Notes: generated by a model from the sequence alone, not told the origin. Positions 28,640 to 39,024 are shown, numbered from the stretch's first letter. The stretch is 64,000 nt of DNA from an uncultured Candidatus Ruthturnera sp. (GCA_964448305.1 CAYUWB010000001.1:11704-75703); one strand, 5' to 3'. Program-made: numbers and translations.

Positions 28640-31140
28640 CGCCACAACCAATCTATCGAAAAGATTATCAGCCAAGTGCGTATTTAATCCACACCACGGC
28701 GTTAAGCTTTGATTTATCTGAAGATGAAACCATAGTCTCATCTAAGGTGCATTATTACCAAAATCCTAATTCGGTTAAGCAAGAGAGCACTTTGTTTTTA
28801 AATGGGGTTAATTTAGAATTAATGTCAATTTCGATAGAGGGTGTGCAACCGAGTTATCAGTTAGTTGATGAAGGGCTAGAGCTTAATGATTTGCCAGATG
28901 AATTTGTATTGGAAATTACCACGCGCATTCATCCAGAGACAAATACTAGCTTAAATGGTTTGTACCAGTCTAGTGGTAATTTTTGCACCCAATGTGAGGC
29001 GCATGGGTTTAGGCAAATTACTTATTATCTTGATCGACCTGATGTGCTGAGTGTGTTTACCACACATATTAAAGCCAACTCTGAGCGTTATCCAGTGTTG
29101 TTGAGTAATGGTAATTTAATGAGTTCAAAACCAGGTAAAACAACCTGGTATGACCCCAGTCCAAAGCCTTGTTATTTGTTTGCTTTGGTGGCAGGTAATT
29201 TTGCCGTATTAGAAGATACTTACACTACGATTAGTGGCAATGAAGTTGCATTAAAGATTTATGTTGAATCACATAATATTAATAAAACTCAGTTTGCGAT
29301 GGATTCACTCAAGCGCTCATTTGCATGGGATGAACAGCGTTTTGGTCTTGAGTATGATTTAGATATTTATATGATTGTTGCTGTGGATGATTTCAACATG
29401 GGTGCAATGGAAAATAAAGGCCTTAATATTTTTAACTCTACTTACGTGTTAGCTAATCCAGAGACAGCAACTGATAAGGATTTTATCAATGTTGAGGCGG
29501 TGATAGGGCACGAATATTTCCATAATTGGACAGGCAATAGAGTAACTTGTCAGGATTGGTTTCAACTCAGTTTAAAAGAGGGGTTGACCGTTTTTAGAGA
29601 TCAAGAGTTTACTTCTGATTTACATTCTCGATCAATTAAGCGCATTGAAGACGTGAATGGCTTGCGCACTTTCCAATTTTCCGAAGATGCTGGCCCAATG
29701 AAACACCCGGTAAGACCAGAGTCATACATCGAGATGAATAATTTTTACACCTTTACTGTGTATGAAAAAGGCGCTGAAGTGATTCGTATGATTCACACAT
29801 TCTTGGGTGAGGCAGGATTTCAAAGTGGCATGAGACTTTATTTTGAGCGCCATGATGGTCAGGCAGTCACGATTGATGATTTTGTATCAGCCATGAGTGA
29901 TGCCAATAATTTTGATTTTAAACCTTTTATGACTTGGTATTCACACTCAGGCACGCCTGAAGTTGAAGTGGAAACTAACTACAATGCCCAACAAAAAATT
30001 TATACAGCAACTTTTAAACAAAAAGGCGAAGCTACTTATTATTTACCAATTCGTTATGGCTTGATGGATCAACAAGGTGAAGAGAGTGAGAAAGGTGTTT
30101 TAGTGCTTGATCAGGCGCAAAAAACCTTTGAATTTACAGACATTAAAGATGAACCAACGCCATCCTGGTTGAGAGGTTTTTCAGCGCCTATTAAATTAAC
30201 TTCAGATCTTAATACTGAGCAAAAAATATTTTTATGTGAGCACGACACTGACGCTTTTAGTCGTTGGGATAACGCTCAAACATTATGGTTATTGTTAATC
30301 CTTCATCCTGAGCAGATTGATGAAGAAGCATTGTTCAATGCTTTTGAAAATATCCTCACTAAAGAAACTGACAGCGCCTTGGTTAGTGAATTATTAACAC
30401 TGCCATCAGAAAGATTGATTCATTTACAAATGGATGAGATTAATGTGGTTGAAGTTAGGCAAAAACGAGAGGCGGTTATCGATAAGATTGCTCAGCGCTT
30501 TAAGTCTATCTTGTTAAGTATTTATAACAAGTTGAATACTGCTGATACGTTTGAACTAACACCAAAAGCAGTAGGAGGGAGATCATTAAAGAATGTTTGT
30601 TTGTTTTATTTGGTTAAAACCGGTGAATTTGAGTTGGCTTATCAAGGGTTTGAGTTGGCTAATTGTATGAGTGATCGTTTGAGTGCTTTTAACGCTTTAT
30701 TGTCTGTTGATAACATGTATCAAGATAAGGCAATTCAACAAATGTTTGACCTTTATCAGCAGGATGTTCAAGTAATGGATAAGTGGTTTGCTGCTCAAGC
30801 ATTAGCACCTGGCAATGGTGTCAATAAGATTAAGCAACTCATGCAGCATGCGTTGTTTTCATTTAACACGCCAAATCGATTGCGCAGTGTGATTGGTAGT
30901 TTTTCCAGTAACTTTGTTCAATTTCATAACCAACAAGGTTATGAGTTATTAACCGAGGTTATTATTAAGCTTAATACTTCTAATCCGCAAATTGGTGCGC
31001 GATTGGTGAGTATTTACAACCATTGGAAGCGCTACACACCTGAGTTGCGTGAATTGCAAAAACAGCAGTTAGAAACTATCTTAAACACTGATGATTTATC
31101 TAATGATGTTTTTGAAATTGTACAAGCAGCATTAAAATGA
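28627..31140 (+). CDS. pepN: Aminopeptidase N (M1 family); probable non-canonical ATT start
   Basis: GAMENKGLNIFN and HEYFHNWTGNRVT...LSLKEGLTVF motifs. PepN-like sequence (APQPIYRKDYQPSAYLIHTTALSFDL) continues in frame upstream of the ORF-track GTG at 28747. There is no ATG/GTG/TTG in that stretch. ATT at 28627 lies 7 nt after AGGAG. Confidence 0.85.
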   Translation: MSTIAPQPIYRKDYQPSAYLIHTTALSFDLSEDETIVSSKVHYYQNPNSVKQESTLFLNGVNLELMSISIEGVQPSYQLVDEGLELNDLPDEFVLEITTRIHPETNTSLNGLYQSSGNFCTQCEAHGFRQITYYLDRPDVLSVFTTHIKANSERYPVLLSNGNLMSSKPGKTTWYDPSPKPCYLFALVAGNFAVLEDTYTTISGNEVALKIYVESHNINKTQFAMDSLKRSFAWDEQRFGLEYDLDIYMIVAVDDFNMGAMENKGLNIFNSTYVLANPETATDKDFINVEAVIGHEYFHNWTGNRVTCQDWFQLSLKEGLTVFRDQEFTSDLHSRSIKRIEDVNGLRTFQFSEDAGPMKHPVRPESYIEMNNFYTFTVYEKGAEVIRMIHTFLGEAGFQSGMRLYFERHDGQAVTIDDFVSAMSDANNFDFKPFMTWYSHSGTPEVEVETNYNAQQKIYTATFKQKGEATYYLPIRYGLMDQQGEESEKGVLVLDQAQKTFEFTDIKDEPTPSWLRGFSAPIKLTSDLNTEQKIFLCEHDTDAFSRWDNAQTLWLLLILHPEQIDEEALFNAFENILTKETDSALVSELLTLPSERLIHLQMDEINVVEVRQKREAVIDKIAQRFKSILLSIYNKLNTADTFELTPKAVGGRSLKNVCLFYLVKTGEFELAYQGFELANCMSDRLSAFNALLSVDNMYQDKAIQQMFDLYQQDVQVMDKWFAAQALAPGNGVNKIKQLMQHALFSFNTPNRLRSVIGSFSSNFVQFHNQQGYELLTEVIIKLNTSNPQIGARLVSIYNHWKRYTPELRELQKQQLETILNTDDLSNDVFEIVQAALK

Positions 31141-31604
31141 AAATACAAAATTTAAGTGAGTTGTTAATTGGTAATTCTCTTACTATTTCAGTAGCAGAGT
31201 CTTGTACAGGTGGTAACTTATCGGCCTTGTTGACCAGTGTTTCAGGCTCCTCTACTTATTTTGACAGAGGTTATATTACCTATAGCAATCAAGCAAAAAT
31301 GGACATGCTTAATGTTGATGATGAAGTTTTAGAGCGGTTTGGTGCTGTTAGTGAACAAACTGCTGCCCAGATGGTTGATGGCGTTATTCAAAATTCTCAT
31401 AGTGACATTGCTGTGTCAATTACCGGTATTGCTGGACCAACAGGCGGCACAACAGAAAAGCCGGTTGGCATGGTATGCTTTGGATTTTGCATTAAAGATA
31501 AACACTTTGTTGAAACTCAAAACTTTTCAGGCGATCGAGAATCTGTCGTGGCTAGTAGCGTTGATTTTGCTATACAAACCTTAGTTAATGAACTATCCGC
31601 ATAA
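31137..31604 (+). CDS. pncC: CinA C-terminal-domain protein / nicotinamide-nucleotide amidohydrolase
   Basis: LTISVAESCTGGNLSALLT and GIAGPTGG motifs. 155 aa. ATGA overlap with the pepN stop. Confidence 0.8.
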   Translation: MKIQNLSELLIGNSLTISVAESCTGGNLSALLTSVSGSSTYFDRGYITYSNQAKMDMLNVDDEVLERFGAVSEQTAAQMVDGVIQNSHSDIAVSITGIAGPTGGTTEKPVGMVCFGFCIKDKHFVETQNFSGDRESVVASSVDFAIQTLVNELSA

Positions 31605-32565
31605 ATTTAGCGTTGCACCGATGATGGATTGGACCGACCGACATTGTCGGTATTTTCATCGACTCATGTCTAAGCATGCACAACTCTATACCGAAATGAT
31701 CACCAGTAAGGCTATTTTACATGGTGATAAAAATCGCCTACTAGACTACCACGATGGTGAACACCCATTGGTATTGCAACTTGGCGGTAGTGATCCAAGT
31801 GAGATGGCACAGTGCGCTAAAATTGCCCAGGATTGGGGTTATGATGAAGTTAATATTAACGCTGGCTGTCCATCAGATAGAGTGCAATCAGGTAGTTTTG
31901 GTGCTTGTTTGATGAACACGCCACAAGTAGTAGCGCAGTGTGTTGATGCAATGAAACAGGTAAGTGATTTACCGATTACTTTAAAGTCGCGTATTGGTGT
32001 TGATGATATGGAAAGCTATGAAGAGCTAGCTAACTTTATCACCACAGTTGAGCAAGCAGGTTGCGATACCTTTATTATTCATGCTCGCAAGGCTTGGTTA
32101 AAGGGCTTAAGTCCAAAAGAAAATCGTACAGTGCCGCCGCTTAATTACGACTGGGTCTATCAAATTAAGCAAGATTTTCCAAAACTAACCATTGGTATTA
32201 ATGGCGGTATTGCTCACCTAGAAGAGGCGATTAGCCATTTAGAGAAAGTAGACAGTGTCATGCTTGGTAGGGTGGTTTATCATCAGCCTTATTTGCTTTG
32301 TGATGTTGATACACAAATTTATCAACAAAACACACCAAGGATAAGTCGCGAACAAGTATTATTAGACTTTATTGAGTATATAAAAAATCAAAATAATCAA
32401 GGGGTTCCAATTCGCTCAATGACGCGACATATTTTAGGCTTGTATCATGGGCAACCTAATGCTAAGAAATTTCGACAATTATTGAGTGGCACAACAGTTG
32501 AATTAAAGCATTTATACGAGTGGCTTGATTTTTCAGCGCAAAAAACAGAAGAGACAAATGGCTAG
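31588..32565 (+). CDS. dusA: tRNA-dihydrouridine(20/20a) synthase
   Basis: FSVAPMMDWTDRHCRYFHRLMS, VNINAGCPS and IIHARKAWLKGLSPKENR motifs. Confidence 0.9.
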   Translation: MNYPHKFSVAPMMDWTDRHCRYFHRLMSKHAQLYTEMITSKAILHGDKNRLLDYHDGEHPLVLQLGGSDPSEMAQCAKIAQDWGYDEVNINAGCPSDRVQSGSFGACLMNTPQVVAQCVDAMKQVSDLPITLKSRIGVDDMESYEELANFITTVEQAGCDTFIIHARKAWLKGLSPKENRTVPPLNYDWVYQIKQDFPKLTIGINGGIAHLEEAISHLEKVDSVMLGRVVYHQPYLLCDVDTQIYQQNTPRISREQVLLDFIEYIKNQNNQGVPIRSMTRHILGLYHGQPNAKKFRQLLSGTTVELKHLYEWLDFSAQKTEETNG

Positions 32566-33796
32566 AGATGATAATTTTTTTGTAAGTGTTGATGTTGGCA
32601 GTCGCAAGACTGTTGTCTTGCTTGCTGAAGAAGTCAATGGCAGGCTAGAAGTTTTTGGTCATGGCGTTAGTGAATCTTTTGGGGTAAAGAAAGGTTTAAT
32701 TAATGATGTTAAGTTGGCTGCTCAATCAATTAAAGAGGCAGCTAAAAAAGCTTATTTAAGTTGCAATACTGATTTTCACCATGTTAGTGTGAATATCTCT
32801 GATCCGCACTTAACTGTCATCAACCGAGAAGGTCAAATTTTTATTGCAGACGATGAAATCAGCGAGCAAGATTTAAATGCTGCCATTAAAACAGCGCGTG
32901 CCGTACCAACACCAACCAATAAGCAAGTCATTAACAGTGTGTCTAATTGTTATACACTTGATAAAGACCCGATTACCCATCAAGGTGTTGTTGTTGATCA
33001 GCCAATTGGTCAAGAAGCCAAAACCCTAGAAGTCGCCATGCATATTGTGACAGTATCTAATCAATGTGTTAATGCAATTGAGCAAAGTGTCCGCGAGGGC
33101 GGTTTAGGTTTGCATAATATTGTGCTAAATTCTATGGCAAGTAGTGAAGCCTACATTGCACAAGATGAAAAAGACAGTGGCATTTGTCTGATCGACATAG
33201 GTGCAGGTGTGACCAATTTTTCAGTTTTTACCAAAGGTGGTATTACTTATAGTGCCGTTATTCAAAATGGCGGCGACCAAGTAACTCAGGATATTGCTGA
33301 TGCATTTGACACTTCTTTTAAAGAGGCAGAACAATTAAAGATTGAATATGGAAATGCACAAGCTAAAGCTATTCGAGAAGATAAGTTGATTAAATTCCAA
33401 CAAATTGATGAACCTAAAGAGGTTGAGCATTATTTGTCCCATCAATCTTTAGTTGAAGTAATTGAGCAATCGTATTTAAATTTGTTTTCACAAATTAGAC
33501 AAGATTTGAAAGCTAAAAAACTTTATCATTTATTAAAGTCTGGTTTTGTTTTAACAGGGGGCGCCTCTAAAATTCAGGGGTGTGATGCGTTGTTGTTAAG
33601 TTGTTTTAGCATTAGAGCCAAGCAAGGGCGCGTGAATACAGATAGAATTACAGCGGAACGTAGTCTTTTAGAGCCTGAGTATGCTTGTGCCTTAGGCTTG
33701 TTATTATTTGAATATGATGAATCAGATTTAAGAGTTGCACAAGAAGACAATAACAGCAATATCTTCGGTAAAATTAAACGACAATTTAAGTTTTAA
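32558..33796 (+). CDS. ftsA: Cell-division protein FtsA (diverged)
   Basis: Actin-fold motifs DVGSRKT, DIGAGVTNF, GGDQVTQDIADAF, AEQLKIEYG and VLTGGASKIQG. C-terminal amphipathic membrane helix IFGKIKRQFKF. The ATG at 32558 overlaps the dusA stop. Confidence 0.85.
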   Translation: MARDDNFFVSVDVGSRKTVVLLAEEVNGRLEVFGHGVSESFGVKKGLINDVKLAAQSIKEAAKKAYLSCNTDFHHVSVNISDPHLTVINREGQIFIADDEISEQDLNAAIKTARAVPTPTNKQVINSVSNCYTLDKDPITHQGVVVDQPIGQEAKTLEVAMHIVTVSNQCVNAIEQSVREGGLGLHNIVLNSMASSEAYIAQDEKDSGICLIDIGAGVTNFSVFTKGGITYSAVIQNGGDQVTQDIADAFDTSFKEAEQLKIEYGNAQAKAIREDKLIKFQQIDEPKEVEHYLSHQSLVEVIEQSYLNLFSQIRQDLKAKKLYHLLKSGFVLTGGASKIQGCDALLLSCFSIRAKQGRVNTDRITAERSLLEPEYACALGLLLFEYDESDLRVAQEDNNSNIFGKIKRQFKF

Positions 33797-33805
33797 TATT
33801 GATTT

Positions 33806-34717
33806 ATGATCAAACAAAGAACAATTAAAAAAACCGTTAAGGCCCGTGGCATTGGCATTCATAGTGGCAGTGTGGTTAACATGACGTTAATTCCTGCTGA
33901 GGCCGATCATGGTGTGGTGTTTAGACGCATGGATGTGGGCGGTAAATTGGTTAGAGCACACAATGCTTTTGTTAATGAGGTGGTTCTTTCTACGGGGCTA
34001 GAAAACCAAGGCGTTAAAGTCTCAACTGTTGAGCACTTGATGAGCGCTTTTTCAGCACTAGGTATTGATAATGTTTTAGTAGAGTTAGACTCATTTGAAG
34101 TGCCAATTATGGATGGTTCTTCAGCGCCATTTATTTTTCTAGTGCAATCTGCTGGCATTCAAGAGCAAGATGCGCACAAGCATTTTTTTGTTATTAATGA
34201 CACTATCCGGGTGGAAAATGGAGATTCTTGGGCGCAAGTTTCCCCTTATGATGGCTTTAAGGTGACACTTGAAATTGATTTTGACCATAAAAAAGTAAAG
34301 GAAAGTGGGCAAAAACTCAGTATTGATTTTGCACAACAATCCTATTTAAAAGAAATTTCCCGTGCAAGAACATTTGGCTACATGAGAGATGTAGAGATGA
34401 TGCAAAGACAAAACTTGGCACTTGGTGCGAGTATGGATAATGCTATTGCACTGAGTGATGACGATGTACTTAACGAAGATGGCATGCGTTATCAAAACGA
34501 ATTCGTTAAACACAAGATCTTGGACATTGTCGGTGATTTGTATTTATTAGGCTCTAATTTAATCGGACATTATGAAGGTTACAAAACCGGTCACTTACTA
34601 AATGATCAGTTGTTATCAGCCATTCTTGAGCGACCGGATACCTGGTCAATTGAATCATTTGAATCTGAAAATTCTCCTATCCAATTCTACTCTGAAGACT
34701 GGCAAAATTCCTTATAA
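33806..34717 (+). CDS. lpxC: UDP-3-O-acyl-N-acetylglucosamine deacetylase
   Basis: [21 protein letters not shown]..., TVEHLMSA and [14 protein letters not shown] motifs. 303 aa. Confidence 0.95.
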   Translation: MIKQRTIKKTVKARGIGIHSGSVVNMTLIPAEADHGVVFRRMDVGGKLVRAHNAFVNEVVLSTGLENQGVKVSTVEHLMSAFSALGIDNVLVELDSFEVPIMDGSSAPFIFLVQSAGIQEQDAHKHFFVINDTIRVENGDSWAQVSPYDGFKVTLEIDFDHKKVKESGQKLSIDFAQQSYLKEISRARTFGYMRDVEMMQRQNLALGASMDNAIALSDDDVLNEDGMRYQNEFVKHKILDIVGDLYLLGSNLIGHYEGYKTGHLLNDQLLSAILERPDTWSIESFESENSPIQFYSEDWQNSL

Positions 34718-34781
34718 ACTGCTGGTTATACCAAACACACCTTAGGTATAATCTGAGGGTTTTTATTCTTTCAAACAAACA

Positions 34782-36515
34782 ATGAAGTTAAATGGCGCGC
34801 AAATATTGGTACAAAGCCTAAAGAACGAAGGTGTGGATCACATCTTTGGATACCCAGGCGGTGCCGTATTACATATTTATGATGCATTAGATGCGCAAGA
34901 TGATATTAAGCATATTTTAGTTCGTCATGAGCAGGGCGCCACCCATGCAGCAGATGGCTATGCAAGAACTAGTGGCAAGCCAGGTGTGGTATTAGTAACT
35001 TCAGGTCCAGGTATTACTAATGCTGTCACCGGTATTGCTACTGCACATATGGACTCCATTCCAATGGTGGTTATTTCTGGTCAAGTACCTTCGGCTCTGA
35101 TTGGTAATGACGCTTTTCAAGAGGTGGATGCTGTTGGTATTACACGCTCATGTGTTAAGCACAATTTCTTAATTAAAGATATTAATCAAATTTCTTCAAC
35201 CATTAAAAAAGCTTTCCATATTGCTAGCACGGGGCGTCCTGGGCCAGTATTGATTGATATCCCTAAAGATATCACTATTGCACAGATTGACGAACCTGCG
35301 TATGTCGATGCAGTTGATATGCGCTCATATCAGCCAATTGCTGATGGTGATGCAGAACAAATCGCTAAAGCAGCTGAGTTAATTTTATCGTCAAAACAGC
35401 CCATTATTTATGCAGGCGGCGGTTGTGTGATTGGTAATGCAGATCAAGAGCTTAGAGAATTTACTCGCCAATTAAGTTTCCCGATTACTCAGACATTAAT
35501 GGGTTTAGGTGCTTATCCAGCGAAGGATGATTTATTTGTAGGTATGTTAGGTATGCATGGCACTTATGAAGCCAACATGGCTATGCACGATTCAGACTGT
35601 GTGATTGCGGTAGGCGCAAGATTTGATGATAGAATTACGGCAAATCTATCAAAATTCTGTCCAACAGCTAAGATTATTCACATCGATATCGACCCGTCTT
35701 CCATTGGTAAGAATGTTGCCGTTGATGTGCCAATTGTAGGTGAAGTTAAATCAGTGTTAAAGGATTTGATTCAAGCATTAAAAGGAAAGAAAACTGCTGA
35801 TATTTCTTCTTGGTGGTCTCAAATTAAAGACTGGCGTGGTAAAGATTCATTAGCCTATCAAACTAAAGCAGGTGTTATCAAGCCACAATCTGTTATTGAG
35901 ACATTATATGAAGTCACTAAGGGTGAAGCCATTGTGACGAGTGATGTGGGCCAGCACCAAATGTGGGCGGCTCAATATTATCATTTTAATGAGCCTCGTC
36001 GTTGGATTAACTCAGGTGGCTTAGGCACAATGGGCTTTGGTTTGCCAGCGGCTATGGGCGCAAAATTAGCAGAACCTAGTCGAGATGTGGCGTGTGTTAC
36101 CGGTGAAGGCAGTATTCAAATGATGTTGCAGGAACTCTCAACTATGTTGCAATACAATACACCAGTAAAAATTATCAATCTTAATAATGGCTATTTAGGT
36201 ATGGTGCGCCAATGGCAAGAATTTTTCTATGAAAAACGTTATGCCATGTCATACATGGATGCCTTGCCAGATTTTGTTAAGTTAGCTGAAAGCTACGGCC
36301 ATGTGGGTATTAAAGTAGAAAAAGAAGAAGACCTTAAGCCGGCATTAATCGAAGCCTTCAAGCAAAAAGATCGTACTGTATTTTTAGACATTATGACTGA
36401 TCCAAGTGAAAATGTATTCCCAATGATTCCATCAGGTGCAGGGCATAACGAAATGTTGTTGGCTGGACGTGATGAAATGGCTTCAACTAATGATGAAGGT
36501 CTTAACCTAGTATAA
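34782..36515 (+). CDS. ilvI: Acetolactate synthase large subunit
   Basis: GYPGGAVLHIYDAL, and the ThDP motif GGLGTMGFGLPAAMGA...GEGSIQM..NNGYLGMVRQWQ. 577 aa. Confidence 0.9.
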   Translation: MKLNGAQILVQSLKNEGVDHIFGYPGGAVLHIYDALDAQDDIKHILVRHEQGATHAADGYARTSGKPGVVLVTSGPGITNAVTGIATAHMDSIPMVVISGQVPSALIGNDAFQEVDAVGITRSCVKHNFLIKDINQISSTIKKAFHIASTGRPGPVLIDIPKDITIAQIDEPAYVDAVDMRSYQPIADGDAEQIAKAAELILSSKQPIIYAGGGCVIGNADQELREFTRQLSFPITQTLMGLGAYPAKDDLFVGMLGMHGTYEANMAMHDSDCVIAVGARFDDRITANLSKFCPTAKIIHIDIDPSSIGKNVAVDVPIVGEVKSVLKDLIQALKGKKTADISSWWSQIKDWRGKDSLAYQTKAGVIKPQSVIETLYEVTKGEAIVTSDVGQHQMWAAQYYHFNEPRRWINSGGLGTMGFGLPAAMGAKLAEPSRDVACVTGEGSIQMMLQELSTMLQYNTPVKIINLNNGYLGMVRQWQEFFYEKRYAMSYMDALPDFVKLAESYGHVGIKVEKEEDLKPALIEAFKQKDRTVFLDIMTDPSENVFPMIPSGAGHNEMLLAGRDEMASTNDEGLNLV

Positions 36516-36517
36516 CC

Positions 36518-37000
36518 ATGAGACATATTATTTCAGTATTGTTAGAAAATGAGGCAGGTGCCTTATCAAGAGTTTCAGGGCTTTTCTCGGCGCGTGGTTT
36601 TAATATTGAGTCACTAACTGTGGCGGCAACTAACGATGAAACACTATCTCGTATGACGATTGTAAGTGTGGGCGATGATGGCATCATTGAGCAAATTGTG
36701 AAACAGCTTGAAAAACTTATTGACGTGGTTAAAGTCACTGATTTAACAGCAACAGAACATATCGAGCGTGAGCTTTTATTGGTTAAAGTTGATGTGGATC
36801 CAAATACGCAAGCTGACATTGACCGACAAATTGATCAATTTTCAGCCAAGATTATTGATGTATCAGAAGATACTTACTTAATTGAACTTGCAGGACAAAG
36901 TAAAAAAATTAATGATTTTTTAGATTCACTAGATGCATCTAAAATTTTAGAGGTTTCTAGAACAGGCGTGACTGGCGTTTGTCAAAGAAGAGAAGGTTAA
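36518..37000 (+). CDS. ilvH: Acetolactate synthase small (regulatory) subunit
   Basis: ACT domain HIISVLLENEAGALSRVSGLFSARGFNIESLTV. 160 aa, 2 nt after ilvI. Confidence 0.9.
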   Translation: MRHIISVLLENEAGALSRVSGLFSARGFNIESLTVAATNDETLSRMTIVSVGDDGIIEQIVKQLEKLIDVVKVTDLTATEHIERELLLVKVDVDPNTQADIDRQIDQFSAKIIDVSEDTYLIELAGQSKKINDFLDSLDASKILEVSRTGVTGVCQRREG

Positions 37001-37003
37001 TAA

Positions 37004-38017
<1,014 letters not shown>

Positions 38018-38037
38018 ATAGATTTTTTTTGTTCGTC

Positions 38038-38068
38038 AAACGCCCAACTTAGTTGGGCGTTTTTATTT
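38038..38068 (+). terminator. Rho-independent terminator after ilvC
   Basis: AAACGCCCAA-CTTAG-TTGGGCGTTT stem-loop followed by TTTATTT. Confidence 0.75.
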
Positions 38069-38103
38069 ATCCAGGCAGAACTATATAGCGCTATAATCTC
38101 AAT

Positions 38104-38853
38104 ATGACAGTTAAAAAAGCGAAGAGAGGAGTTTACTTACTACCCAATGTCCTAACAACCTTTGGTTTGTTTGCTGGATTCTTTTCTATTATTCTTGCAA
38201 CTAAAGGTCAATACGCTGACGCCGCTATTGCTATTTTTGTGGCCATGCTGTTTGACGGACTTGATGGCCGTGTTGCGCGCCTAACCAATACTCAAAGCTC
38301 ATTTGGTGAGCAATATGATTCGATGGCAGATATGCTTTCGTTTTGTGTGGCACCGGCATTGTTAATGTATTTTTGGCAATTCTCAGATTTGGGCAAGATA
38401 GGCTGGCTGGGTGCATTTGTTTACAGTGCTGCTGGCGCATTACGTTTAGCACGATTTAATACCCAGATTGGTGTTGAAGATAAGCGTTATTTTCAAGGAT
38501 TGCCTTCACCTGCTGCAGCTGCGCTGATTGCTGGTATGGTTTGGACCAAGCAAAGCATTGGCGTGACTGAATATGATCAATATTTAACACTAGTAAGTTG
38601 GATTATCTTGGTGGGTGCTGGCGTACTAATGGTGAGTAATGTTCGCTACTACAGTTTTAAAGAAATTAACTTAAAAGGCAGGTCTTCTTTTAAGTTGTTA
38701 TTAATTGCCACGTTAATCATTATTGTGACAACGTACTGGCCAAGTGCGATTTTATTTGTTTTCTTTTTCGCCTACGCCTTGTCAGGGTTGATTATGACAA
38801 TGATTGAAGTGAGAAAAAAACGCCAAATTAAAAAACGAGCAAAGAACGCTTAA
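38104..38853 (+). CDS. pssA: CDP-diacylglycerol--serine O-phosphatidyltransferase
   Basis: CDP-alcohol phosphatidyltransferase motif DGLDGRVARLTNTQSSFGEQYDSMADM. Multi-TM protein, 249 aa. Confidence 0.85.
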   Translation: MTVKKAKRGVYLLPNVLTTFGLFAGFFSIILATKGQYADAAIAIFVAMLFDGLDGRVARLTNTQSSFGEQYDSMADMLSFCVAPALLMYFWQFSDLGKIGWLGAFVYSAAGALRLARFNTQIGVEDKRYFQGLPSPAAAALIAGMVWTKQSIGVTEYDQYLTLVSWIILVGAGVLMVSNVRYYSFKEINLKGRSSFKLLLIATLIIIVTTYWPSAILFVFFFAYALSGLIMTMIEVRKKRQIKKRAKNA

Positions 38854-38865
38854 TATTGCTTTATA

Positions 38866-38946
38866 ATGCGCATTATGAGTCATCAAGTTACAATTTATGC
38901 ATTTTCACGAAGCAACCTCTTAGCTTTGTTACGATTATTGCCGTAA
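38866..38946 (+). promoter_or_regulatory. Candidate Leu-rich leader peptide ORF upstream of leuA (speculative)
   Basis: MRIMSHQVTIYAFSRSNLLALLRLLP* has 6 Leu in its last 10 codons. The stop is embedded in the small hairpin TTGCC-GTAA-GGCAA. There is no clear SD and no strong U-tract terminator. Confidence 0.2.
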
Positions 38947-39024
38947 GGCAAATTATCACTCGCATGATTGAAAAGTCCTGCACCTAAAAATTAAATACAA
39001 CAAACAACAGAAAAGGATATTTAA

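Noticed and set aside
33797-33805. Possibility of a hidden or degraded ftsZ between ftsA and lpxC
   Set aside because: The spacer is 9 nt (TATTGATTT), so there is no room for even a pseudogene remnant.
36502-36819. 105-aa minus-strand ORF overlapping ilvH, plus similar antisense ORFs at 39021-39299, 45259-45645, 28057-28449, 53318-53632 and 50440-50763
   Set aside because: All lie within, or almost entirely within, strongly supported conserved genes on the opposite strand. None has a start-site signal or a recognisable domain.
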